DNA of 64,000 nucleotides from a virus. The stretch lies in IMG/VR virus record IMGVR_UViG_3300044826_000112. One strand, written 5' to 3'. This document shows positions 29,933 through 39,604 of this stretch, in pieces. A program made the translations under genes and the position numbers. Every line of letters begins with the position of its first letter. Positions within the stretch are counted from its first letter, which is position 1. The notes beneath the pieces were generated by a model, which saw only the letters and a list, made by a program, of their open reading frames with translations, was not told where the DNA came from and searched no databases.

Positions 29933-31074
29933 AACTCAAAAAGATCGATGTGCTAGACAAGCCGTATCAGATCTACGCAGAAGTGCTGGAATCTGGTGCA
30001 ATTGACCAGTTTGTCGACGTAATGGGTCAGGCAGACGTCCGCCAGGGTGCCTTGATGGCGGATGCTCATTCTGGCTACGTACTGCCGATCGGCGGCGTAG
30101 TGGCTACTGAGGGGACCATCTACCCGTCTTTCGTAGGTTATGACATCGGCTGCGGCGTATGTGCAGTCAAGATGAACATCAAACGGGAACAGATCTGGGA
30201 TAAGGCAGCCGAAATTCGCGACGCCATCTACAAGCAGATCCCCGTCGGCTTTAACAAGAACCCTCTGGAGCGTCATGCTCGTGTCCGTAAGCTTCTCAAG
30301 GAGCTGAAAGGCAATCCTACCAAGGTCATCACTGAAGACCTGTGGGGCGAAGCCGTTCTGGGCTGCGGCACCCTAGGTGGCGGTAACCACTTCATCGAGA
30401 TCGGTTATGACGAGAACGATGACATCTGGGTAATCGTACACTCCGGCTCTCGTAGCCTGGGCTTTGGCGTAGGCGAGCACTACATGAAGCTGGCTGCCGG
30501 TCGCGATCGCAAGTTCGAAGGTCTCTACAGCCTGCATGAGCACTCTGATGTCGGTAAAGACTACATCAACGATCTGGATTACTGCCTGGCATACGCCCTG
30601 CTGTCCCGCAAGATCATGGTTAGCCATACCTGCAACATCCTCAAGGACTTCGTTGAGGGTGCCGAGGCGATTGCCGACACCTGGATTAACCGCAACCACA
30701 ATCATGCGGAGAAGAAGGGTGATGTGTGGATCCACCGTAAGGGTGCGACCCATGCTGAACTCGGTATGATGGGCGTTATCCCTGGTAACATGCGGGATGG
30801 CTGCTTCATTACCCGTGGTAAAGGTAATCCGGCGTCCCTGTACTCCAGCTCTCACGGTGCCGGGCGCGTAATGTCCCGGGCGAAAGCCAAGGAAGCAGTC
30901 AATCTGGAGCAGCTGGCGGAGATGATGAAAGATGTACCTGGTGCGTCCGTACGTCCCGGCGTCATCGACGAGGCCCCGGCTGCGTACAAGAACATCTTCG
31001 AAGTCATGGAGCTTCAGAAGGACCTCCTGGAAGTGGTTCACCACGTCAAACCTATTGTCAACGTGAAGGGCTAA
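29929..31074 (+). CDS. rtcB: RNA 3'-phosphate/5'-OH ligase RtcB
   Basis: MADAH.G..LPIGGV, VGYDIGCG, GTLGGGNHFIE, HSGSR, HNH, HRKGAT, PGNM, SSHGAGR, DEAP.AYK. Confidence 0.95.
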   Translation: MKLKKIDVLDKPYQIYAEVLESGAIDQFVDVMGQADVRQGALMADAHSGYVLPIGGVVATEGTIYPSFVGYDIGCGVCAVKMNIKREQIWDKAAEIRDAIYKQIPVGFNKNPLERHARVRKLLKELKGNPTKVITEDLWGEAVLGCGTLGGGNHFIEIGYDENDDIWVIVHSGSRSLGFGVGEHYMKLAAGRDRKFEGLYSLHEHSDVGKDYINDLDYCLAYALLSRKIMVSHTCNILKDFVEGAEAIADTWINRNHNHAEKKGDVWIHRKGATHAELGMMGVIPGNMRDGCFITRGKGNPASLYSSSHGAGRVMSRAKAKEAVNLEQLAEMMKDVPGASVRPGVIDEAPAAYKNIFEVMELQKDLLEVVHHVKPIVNVKG

Positions 31075-31107
31075 TTGTAGAATTCCTCTAGAAATGGAGG
31101 AAATCTC

Positions 31108-31260
31108 ATGGCTACACTCACTAAGGCAGACAAAGAACGCGAAATCCCGGATAAAAAGTGGAGCGATGACAAGATCATCGCCTACCTGAAGCAGGTAAAA
31201 GGTATGCCGGAGGACCGGGCGTACTCTTTCTTGCGGGGATGGAAGCAAGTATCAGCATAG
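31108..31260 (+). CDS. Small hypothetical protein (50 aa, not in track)
   Basis: GGAGG RBS; MATLTKADKEREIP...; followed by a terminator. Confidence 0.6.
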   Translation: MATLTKADKEREIPDKKWSDDKIIAYLKQVKGMPEDRAYSFLRGWKQVSA

Positions 31261-31294
31261 CGACCTTCGGGTCGCTTTTCTTTTGGAGAGAACT

Positions 31295-31807
31295 ATGAAT
31301 CCCTCACTTTTGTCCTACTTTAAGCACCTGATGGGCTTCGATGTCAGCATGGCAAAGAGCTTCTACGAGACCTGTCTGGCAGCCACCAAGCAGTACTACT
31401 GCATGGATATAGATTGCCTCAAGTCAGTAATCGTGAAAGATGGTAAAGGCATCAACGAATCCAACAACTACGACGACATCCTGGCTGTAGTCGATCGCAT
31501 GCTGGCGGATAACCCTGAATCTGATGACCCGAATAAGCCTTACAAGCTCATTCAGGAGTTCAAAGCAGGCATCAAGGCCTGGGTCGAGTCTGATTCCATC
31601 CGTAAATCCTTCATGGCCGCCGAAGAAGGCCAGCATACCTACGATCAAGTATTCGTATGGGGTGACTGGAGCTTCGACATCTGGTATTGGCCGGTCGAGA
31701 AGGTCATCAAGCTGCACGGCAAAGACATCCCGCTGATCGCAGAAGACGTAGCCAAAATGGCTGATATCCTCAAAGAACTCGTAGGAGATGAAAATGGATC
31801 TGTTTGA
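31295..31807 (+). CDS. Hypothetical protein (C-terminus similar to the next gene)
   Basis: FVWGDWSF...KLHGKD. Confidence 0.65.
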   Translation: MNPSLLSYFKHLMGFDVSMAKSFYETCLAATKQYYCMDIDCLKSVIVKDGKGINESNNYDDILAVVDRMLADNPESDDPNKPYKLIQEFKAGIKAWVESDSIRKSFMAAEEGQHTYDQVFVWGDWSFDIWYWPVEKVIKLHGKDIPLIAEDVAKMADILKELVGDENGSV

Positions 31808-32303
31808 ACTGTATCGTGCCATCCGTCGCCATAATCCCAACATGGCAATCCGTATGCACCAAGACCTCTTAGCACTCCGTGAACGCGGGATTGCTATCGA
31901 GATCGATACGGACGATGACTTCTATGTGGAGTTCCAGAACGAGGATGAGGAGGAGATGGGTGGCTTCACCATCAAGTCCTTCTCTGAGTTGCGTGATGCG
32001 TTGAACCTCCGAGTGCCAGAAGAGAAGGTGTACGACTCTCGCAAAGAGGCCGTGGCCAGGTTCTTCAAGGAAGCCATCGATGACTTCACGACTCAAGAGG
32101 TCCACCTCCTCAAATATGCGGAAACTCATGGGGTATACACCCATCGTTTCGATTGGGGTAACTGGTCCATGACTGCAGATATCAAGCTGCCCATCAAAAC
32201 CTACCGCCTCTTCGGCCAGGATTATGAAGTCACCGATGAGGTAATGGCTCGTATCAAGGAGGATGTGGAATGCCTACCTACACCGGAAGAGTCCGCTCAA
32301 TAG
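31788..32303 (+). CDS. Hypothetical protein
   Basis: FDWGNWSM...RLFGQD. Confidence 0.65.
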   Translation: MKMDLFELYRAIRRHNPNMAIRMHQDLLALRERGIAIEIDTDDDFYVEFQNEDEEEMGGFTIKSFSELRDALNLRVPEEKVYDSRKEAVARFFKEAIDDFTTQEVHLLKYAETHGVYTHRFDWGNWSMTADIKLPIKTYRLFGQDYEVTDEVMARIKEDVECLPTPEESAQ

Positions 32304-32626
32304 TTCTCCCCGTCGAGAGCTATGAGAAGCACAAAGAGGTCGTCGACAAGTACCTGGATGGCTACAAGGTGGAAACCTACATTGGCCACAGTACGAGATG
32401 GCTTCACGTCATCAACCCCAACTTCGACTGGGAGTCCGAGTACCGCATCGCCGATGATGCTACCCGGATCCTCCCAGGACAGAAATGGCGGCACAAGAAG
32501 GTCGCCAACTTTTGGGTTACCGTCACAGGGATAGGTCTTGGAGTTGTGCACTACCAGGACCTGCACCAGTATCTTCATTACTGCAGTTTCGAGGAATTCT
32601 ATGCCAGATACGTTCGTATTCCCTAG
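32270..32626 (+). CDS. Hypothetical protein
   Basis: AGGAGG RBS. Confidence 0.6.
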   Translation: MPTYTGRVRSIVLPVESYEKHKEVVDKYLDGYKVETYIGHSTRWLHVINPNFDWESEYRIADDATRILPGQKWRHKKVANFWVTVTGIGLGVVHYQDLHQYLHYCSFEEFYARYVRIP

Positions 32627-33089
32627 AGACTTGATCGAGGTAGATTCGGTATTAGCCACCAGCGTCCTTGCGGACGCTGTCTACAAGGAAATCCGCAGCC
32701 GCGGAGGCTTGTTCTGCTTTGAAATCCACCTGACCGGTTTCAGCAGACTACCTGCAAGTGCCAAGGTTACCCGCTTCTACAGCGATAACCAGAACTTCGA
32801 AAGCTTCCTCAATGGTATTGCCGTCGCATATGACGATGGCTTCCTCCTGGATACGTATCAGCCGCTCTCGGAAGTGATGCGTAACATGATGACTACCCTC
32901 ACTGGATCATCCATCGGCCGTGTCATGATGTCTATCACGACACCTCACGGATTGATCGAGCTGAAGGCAGTGTATCGAGGAGATCTATTCGTCACCTTAG
33001 GTACTGGTGGTAAAGCCTCTGGTACCAGGGTGACTGTTAAGTCAGAAGACGCCCACAAATGGTTCAAGGATAACGGTTATGAATGCTAA
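32601..33089 (+). CDS. Hypothetical protein
   Basis: GAGGA RBS before MPDTF. Confidence 0.55.
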   Translation: MPDTFVFPRDLIEVDSVLATSVLADAVYKEIRSRGGLFCFEIHLTGFSRLPASAKVTRFYSDNQNFESFLNGIAVAYDDGFLLDTYQPLSEVMRNMMTTLTGSSIGRVMMSITTPHGLIELKAVYRGDLFVTLGTGGKASGTRVTVKSEDAHKWFKDNGYEC

Positions 33090-33525
33090 GAATTTTCTGG
33101 AAGTATGGTCCGCCCTCCCGTTTGAAGAGCTGAAGAAGAGCTTGGCGGTCGAGGCCGCCCGGGCTTTCCGCAAGACTCTTCATGTGGCCATCCTCAATAA
33201 GCACGAGCTGGCTCGCTACAACGGTGATGAAGATGAGGCGATCATTACTGACCTTACCACTCCGGATATCATCATAAACAAAGGGAACATCCTGAAGGAT
33301 ATCTTCTCGCACCACCTCAGTGATGACGAGATGATCCTGCTCAACAACATCTGTCAGGAGCTGATGAGCTCTCTGCTGCGTGTAACCTCCCGGGCTGAGT
33401 GTCGGGTAGATCTGAGCGATAGCATCGTGGCGGACATTGCCGTCGTGGTAGAAGATCAGGCGCTCATCACCTGGAACAACATGAATATTCGCATCAACCG
33501 TAGCGATCTGGAGCAAATTGCATGA
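33079..33525 (+). CDS. Hypothetical protein
   Basis: Coupled ORF. Confidence 0.6.
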   Translation: MNAKNFLEVWSALPFEELKKSLAVEAARAFRKTLHVAILNKHELARYNGDEDEAIITDLTTPDIIINKGNILKDIFSHHLSDDEMILLNNICQELMSSLLRVTSRAECRVDLSDSIVADIAVVVEDQALITWNNMNIRINRSDLEQIA

Positions 33526-33944
33526 AGAACATTTCCCTGACAGAAGCCGAGAAGCTGTACGCAGATGGCCTGGATGCTCTGTACGAGGAGCTGCTGGATG
33601 GTGTTTCGTTCAACCACTATGTGAAGGTTGAATGTGGCCTCCTGCAGTCGTTCAACCCGATCGACGTATCGTCTACAGATACCTGTGATCTGTACGACGC
33701 CATCCGTGAACGCAAGGACTTGCCTCCGATCGTCCGTACCATCGCCATGGAGCTCATCAGCCTGGCCGAGTCTCTGGACATCAACGTGTGGCCGGTAGAC
33801 CTGACCGGCAGCAATGGCACCTATGTGGTCAAGGTCCACAAGTCCAGCGAACCGAGCCACACTGTGGTGTTGGATAGCGGAGAGTCCGTCACGTTCACTC
33901 TGCAGGAAATGTCCATCCGCGGTGTTTACGCTCACGCCAACTAA
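33522..33944 (+). CDS. Hypothetical protein
   Basis: Coupled ORF, GGAG RBS. Confidence 0.6.
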   Translation: MKNISLTEAEKLYADGLDALYEELLDGVSFNHYVKVECGLLQSFNPIDVSSTDTCDLYDAIRERKDLPPIVRTIAMELISLAESLDINVWPVDLTGSNGTYVVKVHKSSEPSHTVVLDSGESVTFTLQEMSIRGVYAHAN

Positions 33945-33995
33945 AGTAGATTCCTTGGTATAAGAACTGTGTAATCGAATAACATGAGGTCTAGC

Positions 33996-34685
33996 ATGGA
34001 TACCCATAAGGTTGAAGTTGTGGACGTCATGGGATTGAAGGTGGCGACCTTCCGTTGTGAGACCGGGGAAATCCTGGTCTCCCTTCGCGACATCTTAGAG
34101 GCTAGCCTTTCTGATGTCGCCGAAGAGATCGCCTTCCTCCGGTCTCCTGACGGTCTAAGTGTACTCAAAGCGATGAACATCTACCCATCTCACTGCTACC
34201 ACAATGGGATGTATGAAGAGGGTTTGTTCATTCCGCACGAGTATGTGAACCACTATATGTTCTCCATCCAGAAGCCTGGAGAGGAGATCGACACTCTGCG
34301 GATGTACCTGTCCGCGGAGATTGCAAGACACTGGGCGAAGATCAGCAACTCGGCTGCTGGATATACGCCTCAACAACTGCGTACCTACGTGATGCATGCG
34401 TCAGACGAGAAGCTGGGGATGGCCCTGAGTGGGTTCAACCTGGACAATCATGACGAGGTCATGCAGACGCTGCGTCAGTTCGCTCTGAAGGAGCTCGGCT
34501 ACCCGTACCTGTGGGATAAGCTGTCGCCTATCGAGATGGACATCTACAACGCGGTGCTCTCAACGATGGGCTCACTGCTCTTCAAGTGTCAGCAAGAGAT
34601 GTTGAGCGTCGAGGAATCCATGGAGATGATGTACCAAGAGGTGCAGAAAGTCATCACTGGGTTCAAGTCGATTGGACCTGCATAG
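33996..34685 (+). CDS. Divergent antirepressor-like (P22 Ant N-terminal type) protein
   Basis: Similar N-terminal layout; IP...VNHYMFSI resembles LP...LNAFLFSI of the neighbouring genes. Confidence 0.55.
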   Translation: MDTHKVEVVDVMGLKVATFRCETGEILVSLRDILEASLSDVAEEIAFLRSPDGLSVLKAMNIYPSHCYHNGMYEEGLFIPHEYVNHYMFSIQKPGEEIDTLRMYLSAEIARHWAKISNSAAGYTPQQLRTYVMHASDEKLGMALSGFNLDNHDEVMQTLRQFALKELGYPYLWDKLSPIEMDIYNAVLSTMGSLLFKCQQEMLSVEESMEMMYQEVQKVITGFKSIGPA

Positions 34686-34980
34686 TACATATGTATGGTG
34701 CAGGTCTGGATATACGTATGTACACTCAGATGAATCCACATATGTACATTCACGAATCACGATATCATGATTAGCCAAATTGGCTGGATCTGCGTCATGG
34801 TATCGTGATTCAGACCTGTTCAACATTTTTGCATATGCAGGTATAACTACAGTGTAGAGACGTCTACGCCGGTCACGACTCCGGCGACCGGCTTCTTGTT
34901 TTTCCCAATCGGCGGATGGTGATACCACCATTCGCCAAATCAGTAGTTTCGTGAATGGTGATAAGACCATTCGCCAAAGG
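34686..34980 (+). promoter_or_regulatory. Structured intergenic control region (palindromes, long hairpin, promoter, terminator-like hairpin, duplicated hairpins)
   Basis: ACATATGT-type palindromes; 17-bp stem; GGTATAACT at 34840; repeated ATGGTGATA..ACCATTCGCCAAA. Confidence 0.6.
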
Positions 34981-34987
34981 AGAGATC

Positions 34988-35884
34988 ATGATCAACCCTA
35001 TCAAAGTATATCGTCAAGATGTGACTGTCGTTAACTTCTACGGCCAAGAGATTGTGACCGTAATGCTGGAAGAGCTTGGCACTCCGGCGATCTTCGCCAA
35101 GCCTCTTGTTGAGAACCTCGGTATTGACTGGAAGAACCAGTATACCAAACTCATGGAATCTCCGCGGTTCCAAGCTATCGTCGTCAGTGTGAAAGCCCCG
35201 GATGATGACCGTGTACGTGAGCATCTGGTACTGCCCATCCGTACACTGAACGCCTTCCTGTTCAGCATCAACCCGATGAAAGTGCCGGAAGACAAGTTCA
35301 TGCAGATCGAAGGCGAAGACATCTCTGTGCGTGACAACCTGATCAAGTACCAGTCTGAGTGCACCGTAGCTCTGCACGACTACTGGATGCATGGCATGGC
35401 GATCAACACCCGCGTCAATCCGTCTGACATCCGCACTGAACGCAAGCTGGGCCCGGTAACCTACAGCCGGGGTCGCATTGAGCGTGTCCTACCGAAGTTC
35501 ATGGACTACGCGGCCAGCATCGGTCAGCCGCTTGAGCGTGGCATCCTGATGCAGGGCCTGTGCGTAGCCATCGCCGAGTATGTAGGTGCCATTGCCTACA
35601 ACCCGGAAAACATGACCGTTGTACGTCTGGAGCCTCTGGGCGCCCAAGGCATGCAGCGTGTCGAGTCCAAGCTGTCCGGTCGCGATCAGTGGCTGGTAGC
35701 GATCATCGAGAACGTGTTCTGCAACGCAATGACCGAAGCCATGCACCAGCAGGCAGATGTCACGCAGTTCCTGACCACGCTCGACGTGATGATCCTGGAC
35801 ACTGTGACCAACCTGGGTCACCACTTCGTAACCTGCAGCTCTACCTTCAACAAGGGCAACGGGTTTCTTTCTGCAATGGTTTAA
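34988..35884 (+). CDS. Phage antirepressor N-terminal domain (P22 Ant-like) protein
   Basis: NFYG..., KPLVENLGIDWKNQYTKL, FLFSINPMKV, LIKYQSEC..ALHDYW. Confidence 0.8.
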   Translation: MINPIKVYRQDVTVVNFYGQEIVTVMLEELGTPAIFAKPLVENLGIDWKNQYTKLMESPRFQAIVVSVKAPDDDRVREHLVLPIRTLNAFLFSINPMKVPEDKFMQIEGEDISVRDNLIKYQSECTVALHDYWMHGMAINTRVNPSDIRTERKLGPVTYSRGRIERVLPKFMDYAASIGQPLERGILMQGLCVAIAEYVGAIAYNPENMTVVRLEPLGAQGMQRVESKLSGRDQWLVAIIENVFCNAMTEAMHQQADVTQFLTTLDVMILDTVTNLGHHFVTCSSTFNKGNGFLSAMV

Positions 35885-35942
35885 TCCACCCTGGGAGGCC
35901 TAAGGGCCTCCCTCTCTAATATCGTAAAACTGAGGAATCGAT

Positions 35943-36788
35943 ATGACTACTGAATACATCCGCCACAGCAATGTACGTGCCGTTAACTTTTACGGGGATA
36001 TCCTCCCGACTGTTGACTTTATCAACCCGGATGGGCAGCGTGAGATTGGCGTAATCGGTGCCGCTTTGGCCCGTGGCCTGGGTCTGGAGTGGAACCGCCA
36101 GCTGCAGAAGCTGACTTCCGGTGACCCTCGCTTCATGGCCTTCACCGTTAAGGTGCAGACTGAGAAGCAAGTGCGTGACATGGCGGTCATCCCGCTGCGT
36201 TTCCTAAACGCCTACCTGTTCTCCATCAACCCGATGAAGGTTGCGGAAGACCAGATGGTTGAGCTGTCGAACGGCGAGAAGGTTTCTGTACGGGAGAAAC
36301 TGATCCGCTACCAGTCTGAGTGCACCGTTGCACTGCATGACTACTGGATGCACGGTACCGCACTGAACCTGCGTCCGGTTCCGCATGACGTTACCTATCC
36401 GTTCCGTGATGCCCGCATCTCCAGCCGTCCGCAGCTGGTAGAAGCCGTGAAGAAGTACGCCAAGTTCCACAAAGCGTGCCTGCGTCTGGATATCGACGAT
36501 AGCGACCTGGCCGAGAGCCTGTATCAGCCGATGCTGAGCATGATCCACCAGGTGAACTGCGTTGCTCTGGAACATGAAGAAGCTGCCCTGTCCGGCCGGG
36601 ATGCAGCTATCGTCGCGTTCTCTGAACTGACCGTAGCGACCATCCTGAACCATCTGGTTGCACACGACATCCTTGAAGAGGGTGACATCGTGGGCTTCTG
36701 TGAAGGTCACCTGGTCAAACACCTGCAGGAAGTGGGTGACAAGTTCCTGGTTATGGGTGATACCCTGCCGGCGGACCTGACCAAGTAA
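35943..36788 (+). CDS. Phage antirepressor N-terminal domain protein (paralogue)
   Basis: NFYG, GLGLEWNRQLQKL, YLFSINPMKV, LIRYQSECTVALHDYWMHG (nearly identical block to 34988). Confidence 0.8.
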   Translation: MTTEYIRHSNVRAVNFYGDILPTVDFINPDGQREIGVIGAALARGLGLEWNRQLQKLTSGDPRFMAFTVKVQTEKQVRDMAVIPLRFLNAYLFSINPMKVAEDQMVELSNGEKVSVREKLIRYQSECTVALHDYWMHGTALNLRPVPHDVTYPFRDARISSRPQLVEAVKKYAKFHKACLRLDIDDSDLAESLYQPMLSMIHQVNCVALEHEEAALSGRDAAIVAFSELTVATILNHLVAHDILEEGDIVGFCEGHLVKHLQEVGDKFLVMGDTLPADLTK

Positions 36789-36832
36789 CAGATTAGGGGG
36801 ATTCGTCCCCCTTTCTTTTAGGAGCGGTTGCT

Positions 36833-37588
36833 ATGAGTCTATTCGATGACATCCCTTTAACTCCACAGAGATTCCCTCCGCACGCCTTACGGATGCCAGA
36901 GTCCAACGTGATGTCGGATGATCGAAACTACCAGATGCGTAGATCGTCTATCATTGCGAACTGGCAGGCGGCATTTGATGCGTCCAGGAAGGAAAACAAG
37001 CCGCCCAAGTATGAGGTGCAGCAGGTAGAGGCCGTTAACCTCGTGCTTGCAGGCATCTTGATGTACAACTCCATACCAGAACCTAATCCGACGCTCCGCA
37101 TGCAGAGATTCCTGGATACGATGGATGTAGGCGGGTATCGGATGGGTAGAACCAGGATGGGTACACCTTGGGCGTCTGTGTTCATCCGGAATATCCAGTA
37201 CAGCATGGGTAAGTATGTGCCGAACAACGTACGCTTCCCCGAGTTAACCCTACTGGGATTGGCTATTCGGCCGAACATGCAGAAGTTCTACGAGTTCATG
37301 CATCGCGACATGCGTATGCCTACCTTCGTGGATAGGCTTGCTGCTAATGGTTGCCGTGTGAACTTCTTGCGGCAGCCTAATAGTAGCTTGATGATGCTGA
37401 CGGATTACTTGCAGTTCACCCACTCGATCGAGCTAGGTGAGCTGGAGGCTTACTTCAACAGGCGTTTTGACAGGAACTTCTTGCAGTATCTAGAGGCTAC
37501 TCGAAATGCACCCGGTAACGTACGTATGCCAAGTCCATTCCCACCTCCAGATTTCGATGGGGATGTGATGGTGTTGATGGAAGAGTAA
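36833..37588 (+). CDS. Hypothetical protein
   Basis: AGGAG RBS; ends at a bidirectional terminator. Confidence 0.65.
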   Translation: MSLFDDIPLTPQRFPPHALRMPESNVMSDDRNYQMRRSSIIANWQAAFDASRKENKPPKYEVQQVEAVNLVLAGILMYNSIPEPNPTLRMQRFLDTMDVGGYRMGRTRMGTPWASVFIRNIQYSMGKYVPNNVRFPELTLLGLAIRPNMQKFYEFMHRDMRMPTFVDRLAANGCRVNFLRQPNSSLMMLTDYLQFTHSIELGELEAYFNRRFDRNFLQYLEATRNAPGNVRMPSPFPPPDFDGDVMVLMEE

Positions 37589-37592
37589 AACA

Positions 37593-37620
37593 AAAAGGGT
37601 CCCGAAGGACCCTTTTCTTT
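37593..37620. terminator. Bidirectional intrinsic terminator
   Basis: AAAAGGGTCC-CGAA-GGACCCTTTT between convergent genes. Confidence 0.8.
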
Positions 37621-37629
37621 AACTACCGA

Positions 37630-37905
37630 TTAGGCGTTGACGGAACGCTTGAACTCGGTACCCGGCTTGAAGTGCGGGGCAGTGCGAGCTGCGATGTCCA
37701 TGGCTTCGCCAGTCTGCGGGTTACGACCTTGACGGCCGGCACGAGCACGGCTGGAGAAGGTACCGAAACCTGCGATACCAACAGTTTCGCCCTGAGCAAC
37801 GGTGTCAACGATGGTGTCGATAGCAGCGTTCAGGAAACGAGCAGCTTGTACCTTCGGTACGGACAGATCTTCGGCCAGCTTGGTGATCAGATCACTCTTG
37901 TTCAT
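37630..37905 (-). CDS. hup: HU-family DNA-binding protein
   Basis: MNKSDLI...GFGTF...GRNPQTGE...P.FKPG; promoter TTGACA-N17-TATGAT at 37986-37958. Confidence 0.95.
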   Translation of the reverse strand: MNKSDLITKLAEDLSVPKVQAARFLNAAIDTIVDTVAQGETVGIAGFGTFSSRARAGRQGRNPQTGEAMDIAARTAPHFKPGTEFKRSVNA

Positions 37906-38173
37906 GATGTCATCCTTTAAGTTGTGGATCAGTGACGTTGTTTGGTTTACAGTATGGATCATAGCTAGGTCCAAAAAGGTTGTCAACAGTGGAGTGTAAA
38001 AAAATTGTCTAGAACAGAACGCTTTAAGCAGATGAATGATATGTCCTTGATGTCTAAGAAGAAATTGGAGATTAAGGCCATGGCTCGTGCTAGAATGCCC
38101 CAGGTTTCGCAGCAGATCGATGAAACGCTGAGTCGAGTTGCTGCTCTTAAAGAGAAGATGAAAGGAGAAGAAG

Positions 38174-38950
38174 ATGTTACGACTAGCGAGGATTAAGGGT
38201 GGTAGCCACCTGTATGGGCTCAATAACGCTGACTCTGACAATGATTTCTACGAGATTGTTGCTCTGAGTCCAGCTGAGCTCGCATTTGACATCATCAACC
38301 TTCGTCATGGGGAGGCTGTAGGCCCTGGTGAGGTGGATGATCACGAGATCGATGTGGTGACTCTGTGTAATGGCTACTTGGACACCATGTGGGCCCTGGA
38401 GCTTCTGTTCGCAGAGCCAGAGGCTGACTACGAGGTGGCTCCTGAGTGGAACCGTCTGCGTGACATGCGTAAGAACCTGTGTACACCTGCACTGGTCCAG
38501 CAGACTTACTTCCGTCTGCAGAACTGCGTCAGCCAGTATGCCTCCTATACTCGTCCGACAGCTGATCAAGAGGGTGTGTGGAAGGTAGCTGAGAACTTCA
38601 GTACCAAGCCGGTTAACGCTCGGAACCTTGCACACGCATATCGCATGGCTGTCCAGCTGATGAACTACATCACTACTCGTGATCTGTTCGGCACAACCTT
38701 CACTCTGAACCGAGAGGCTTACCATCGCCTCAAGAGTAATGTGGTGACGGTAGAGGACGTCAAGGAGTGTCTGCAGACCCTGGTAGGTTTGGGTATGCTG
38801 AAATCCCAAGGTGTAGGCATCAGTAGTGAGTTCTATGAGAGCCCGGAGACCAAAGTAGTCCTCTGGGGAATCGTGAACACCACCACGGTGGCTGCTATCG
38901 GAACCGAGAGTCCAGCCATCGAGTACTTCCAATCGACACATGACGAGTAA
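38174..38950 (+). CDS. Predicted Pol-beta-like nucleotidyltransferase
   Basis: GSHLYGLN..DSDND; LELLF; K...R.LAHAYR. Confidence 0.65.
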   Translation: MLRLARIKGGSHLYGLNNADSDNDFYEIVALSPAELAFDIINLRHGEAVGPGEVDDHEIDVVTLCNGYLDTMWALELLFAEPEADYEVAPEWNRLRDMRKNLCTPALVQQTYFRLQNCVSQYASYTRPTADQEGVWKVAENFSTKPVNARNLAHAYRMAVQLMNYITTRDLFGTTFTLNREAYHRLKSNVVTVEDVKECLQTLVGLGMLKSQGVGISSEFYESPETKVVLWGIVNTTTVAAIGTESPAIEYFQSTHDE

Positions 38951-39285
38951 ATGTGTCGGGTAACTTTGGGTCCCTAAGGGGACCCAACTTATTGATTCCA
39001 TTAGCTTTTAGCTAGCGATGTGTCGGTTGTGTCGATTGTTCCACCCCAAAATACATACCCCTTTCCTTAGAACACCCAATGTGTCTTATTCTATATATCT
39101 CTCTATCTCTCGTAAGGAAAATATAAATAAATAAATAAGAAGGGGCAGTTGGGATTTTTCATGTACGGGATGTGTTTGGAGGGTGGAACACCGACACATC
39201 GCACACATGGATCCTCGGAATGGCTTGATTATGGACAAAGCGACTGGAACACTGCCTGGAACAGACTCATAGTTACCCGACACAT
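38931..39285. repeat. Origin-like element, copy 2 (core 39016-39208)
   Basis: Near-identical to 13734-13925. Confidence 0.85.
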
Positions 39286-39344
39286 CATCTTTTCGAAATT
39301 TCTTTGAAATAGTGTTGACGCCAGAAACGACCTACAGTATAGTG

Positions 39345-39508
39345 TTCCTAAGTGGACCGCTAGATAGAGGGTTATCCTTCAACTGTAATGAAACCCAATC
39401 TCCCTTTATCGCCTCTTTGTTCACCCTTGACTTCGGTCATTGAGTAAATTCAAGTCAACGAGTGGGTTTAACCCCAGAGATCGTGTAGGCCTCTGGGGTT
39501 TCCTTTTT
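39345..39508 (+). ncRNA. Candidate stand-alone sRNA
   Basis: TTGACG-N17-TATAGT promoter (39315-39343); no credible ORF; terminator AACCCCAGAG...CTCTGGGGTT-TCCTTTTT. Confidence 0.45.
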
Positions 39509-39538
39509 GGGCTTCCGGCTGGGTATAAGTACTATGTA

Positions 39539-39604
39539 GCGGATAGCTCAGGTGGTGAGAGCACTGGACGTGTCCAGGGGTCGGGGGTTCGAGTCCCCCT
39601 CCGT
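39539..39604 (+). ncRNA. Mini tRNA-like RNA without an anticodon loop
   Basis: TAGCTCAG.TGGT.AGAGC D-arm; GGGGG-TTCGAGT-CCCCC T-arm; 5-bp acceptor; CTGGA-CGTG-TCCAG; own promoter. Confidence 0.7.

Noticed and set aside
37906-38241. N-terminally extended 203-aa HU in the track
   Set aside because: RBS and promoter support a start at 37905, giving a normal 91-aa HU
13661-39285. CRISPR array or IS element explanation for the GACACAT repeats
   Set aside because: No regular repeat-spacer periodicity, no transposase, no target-site duplication seen
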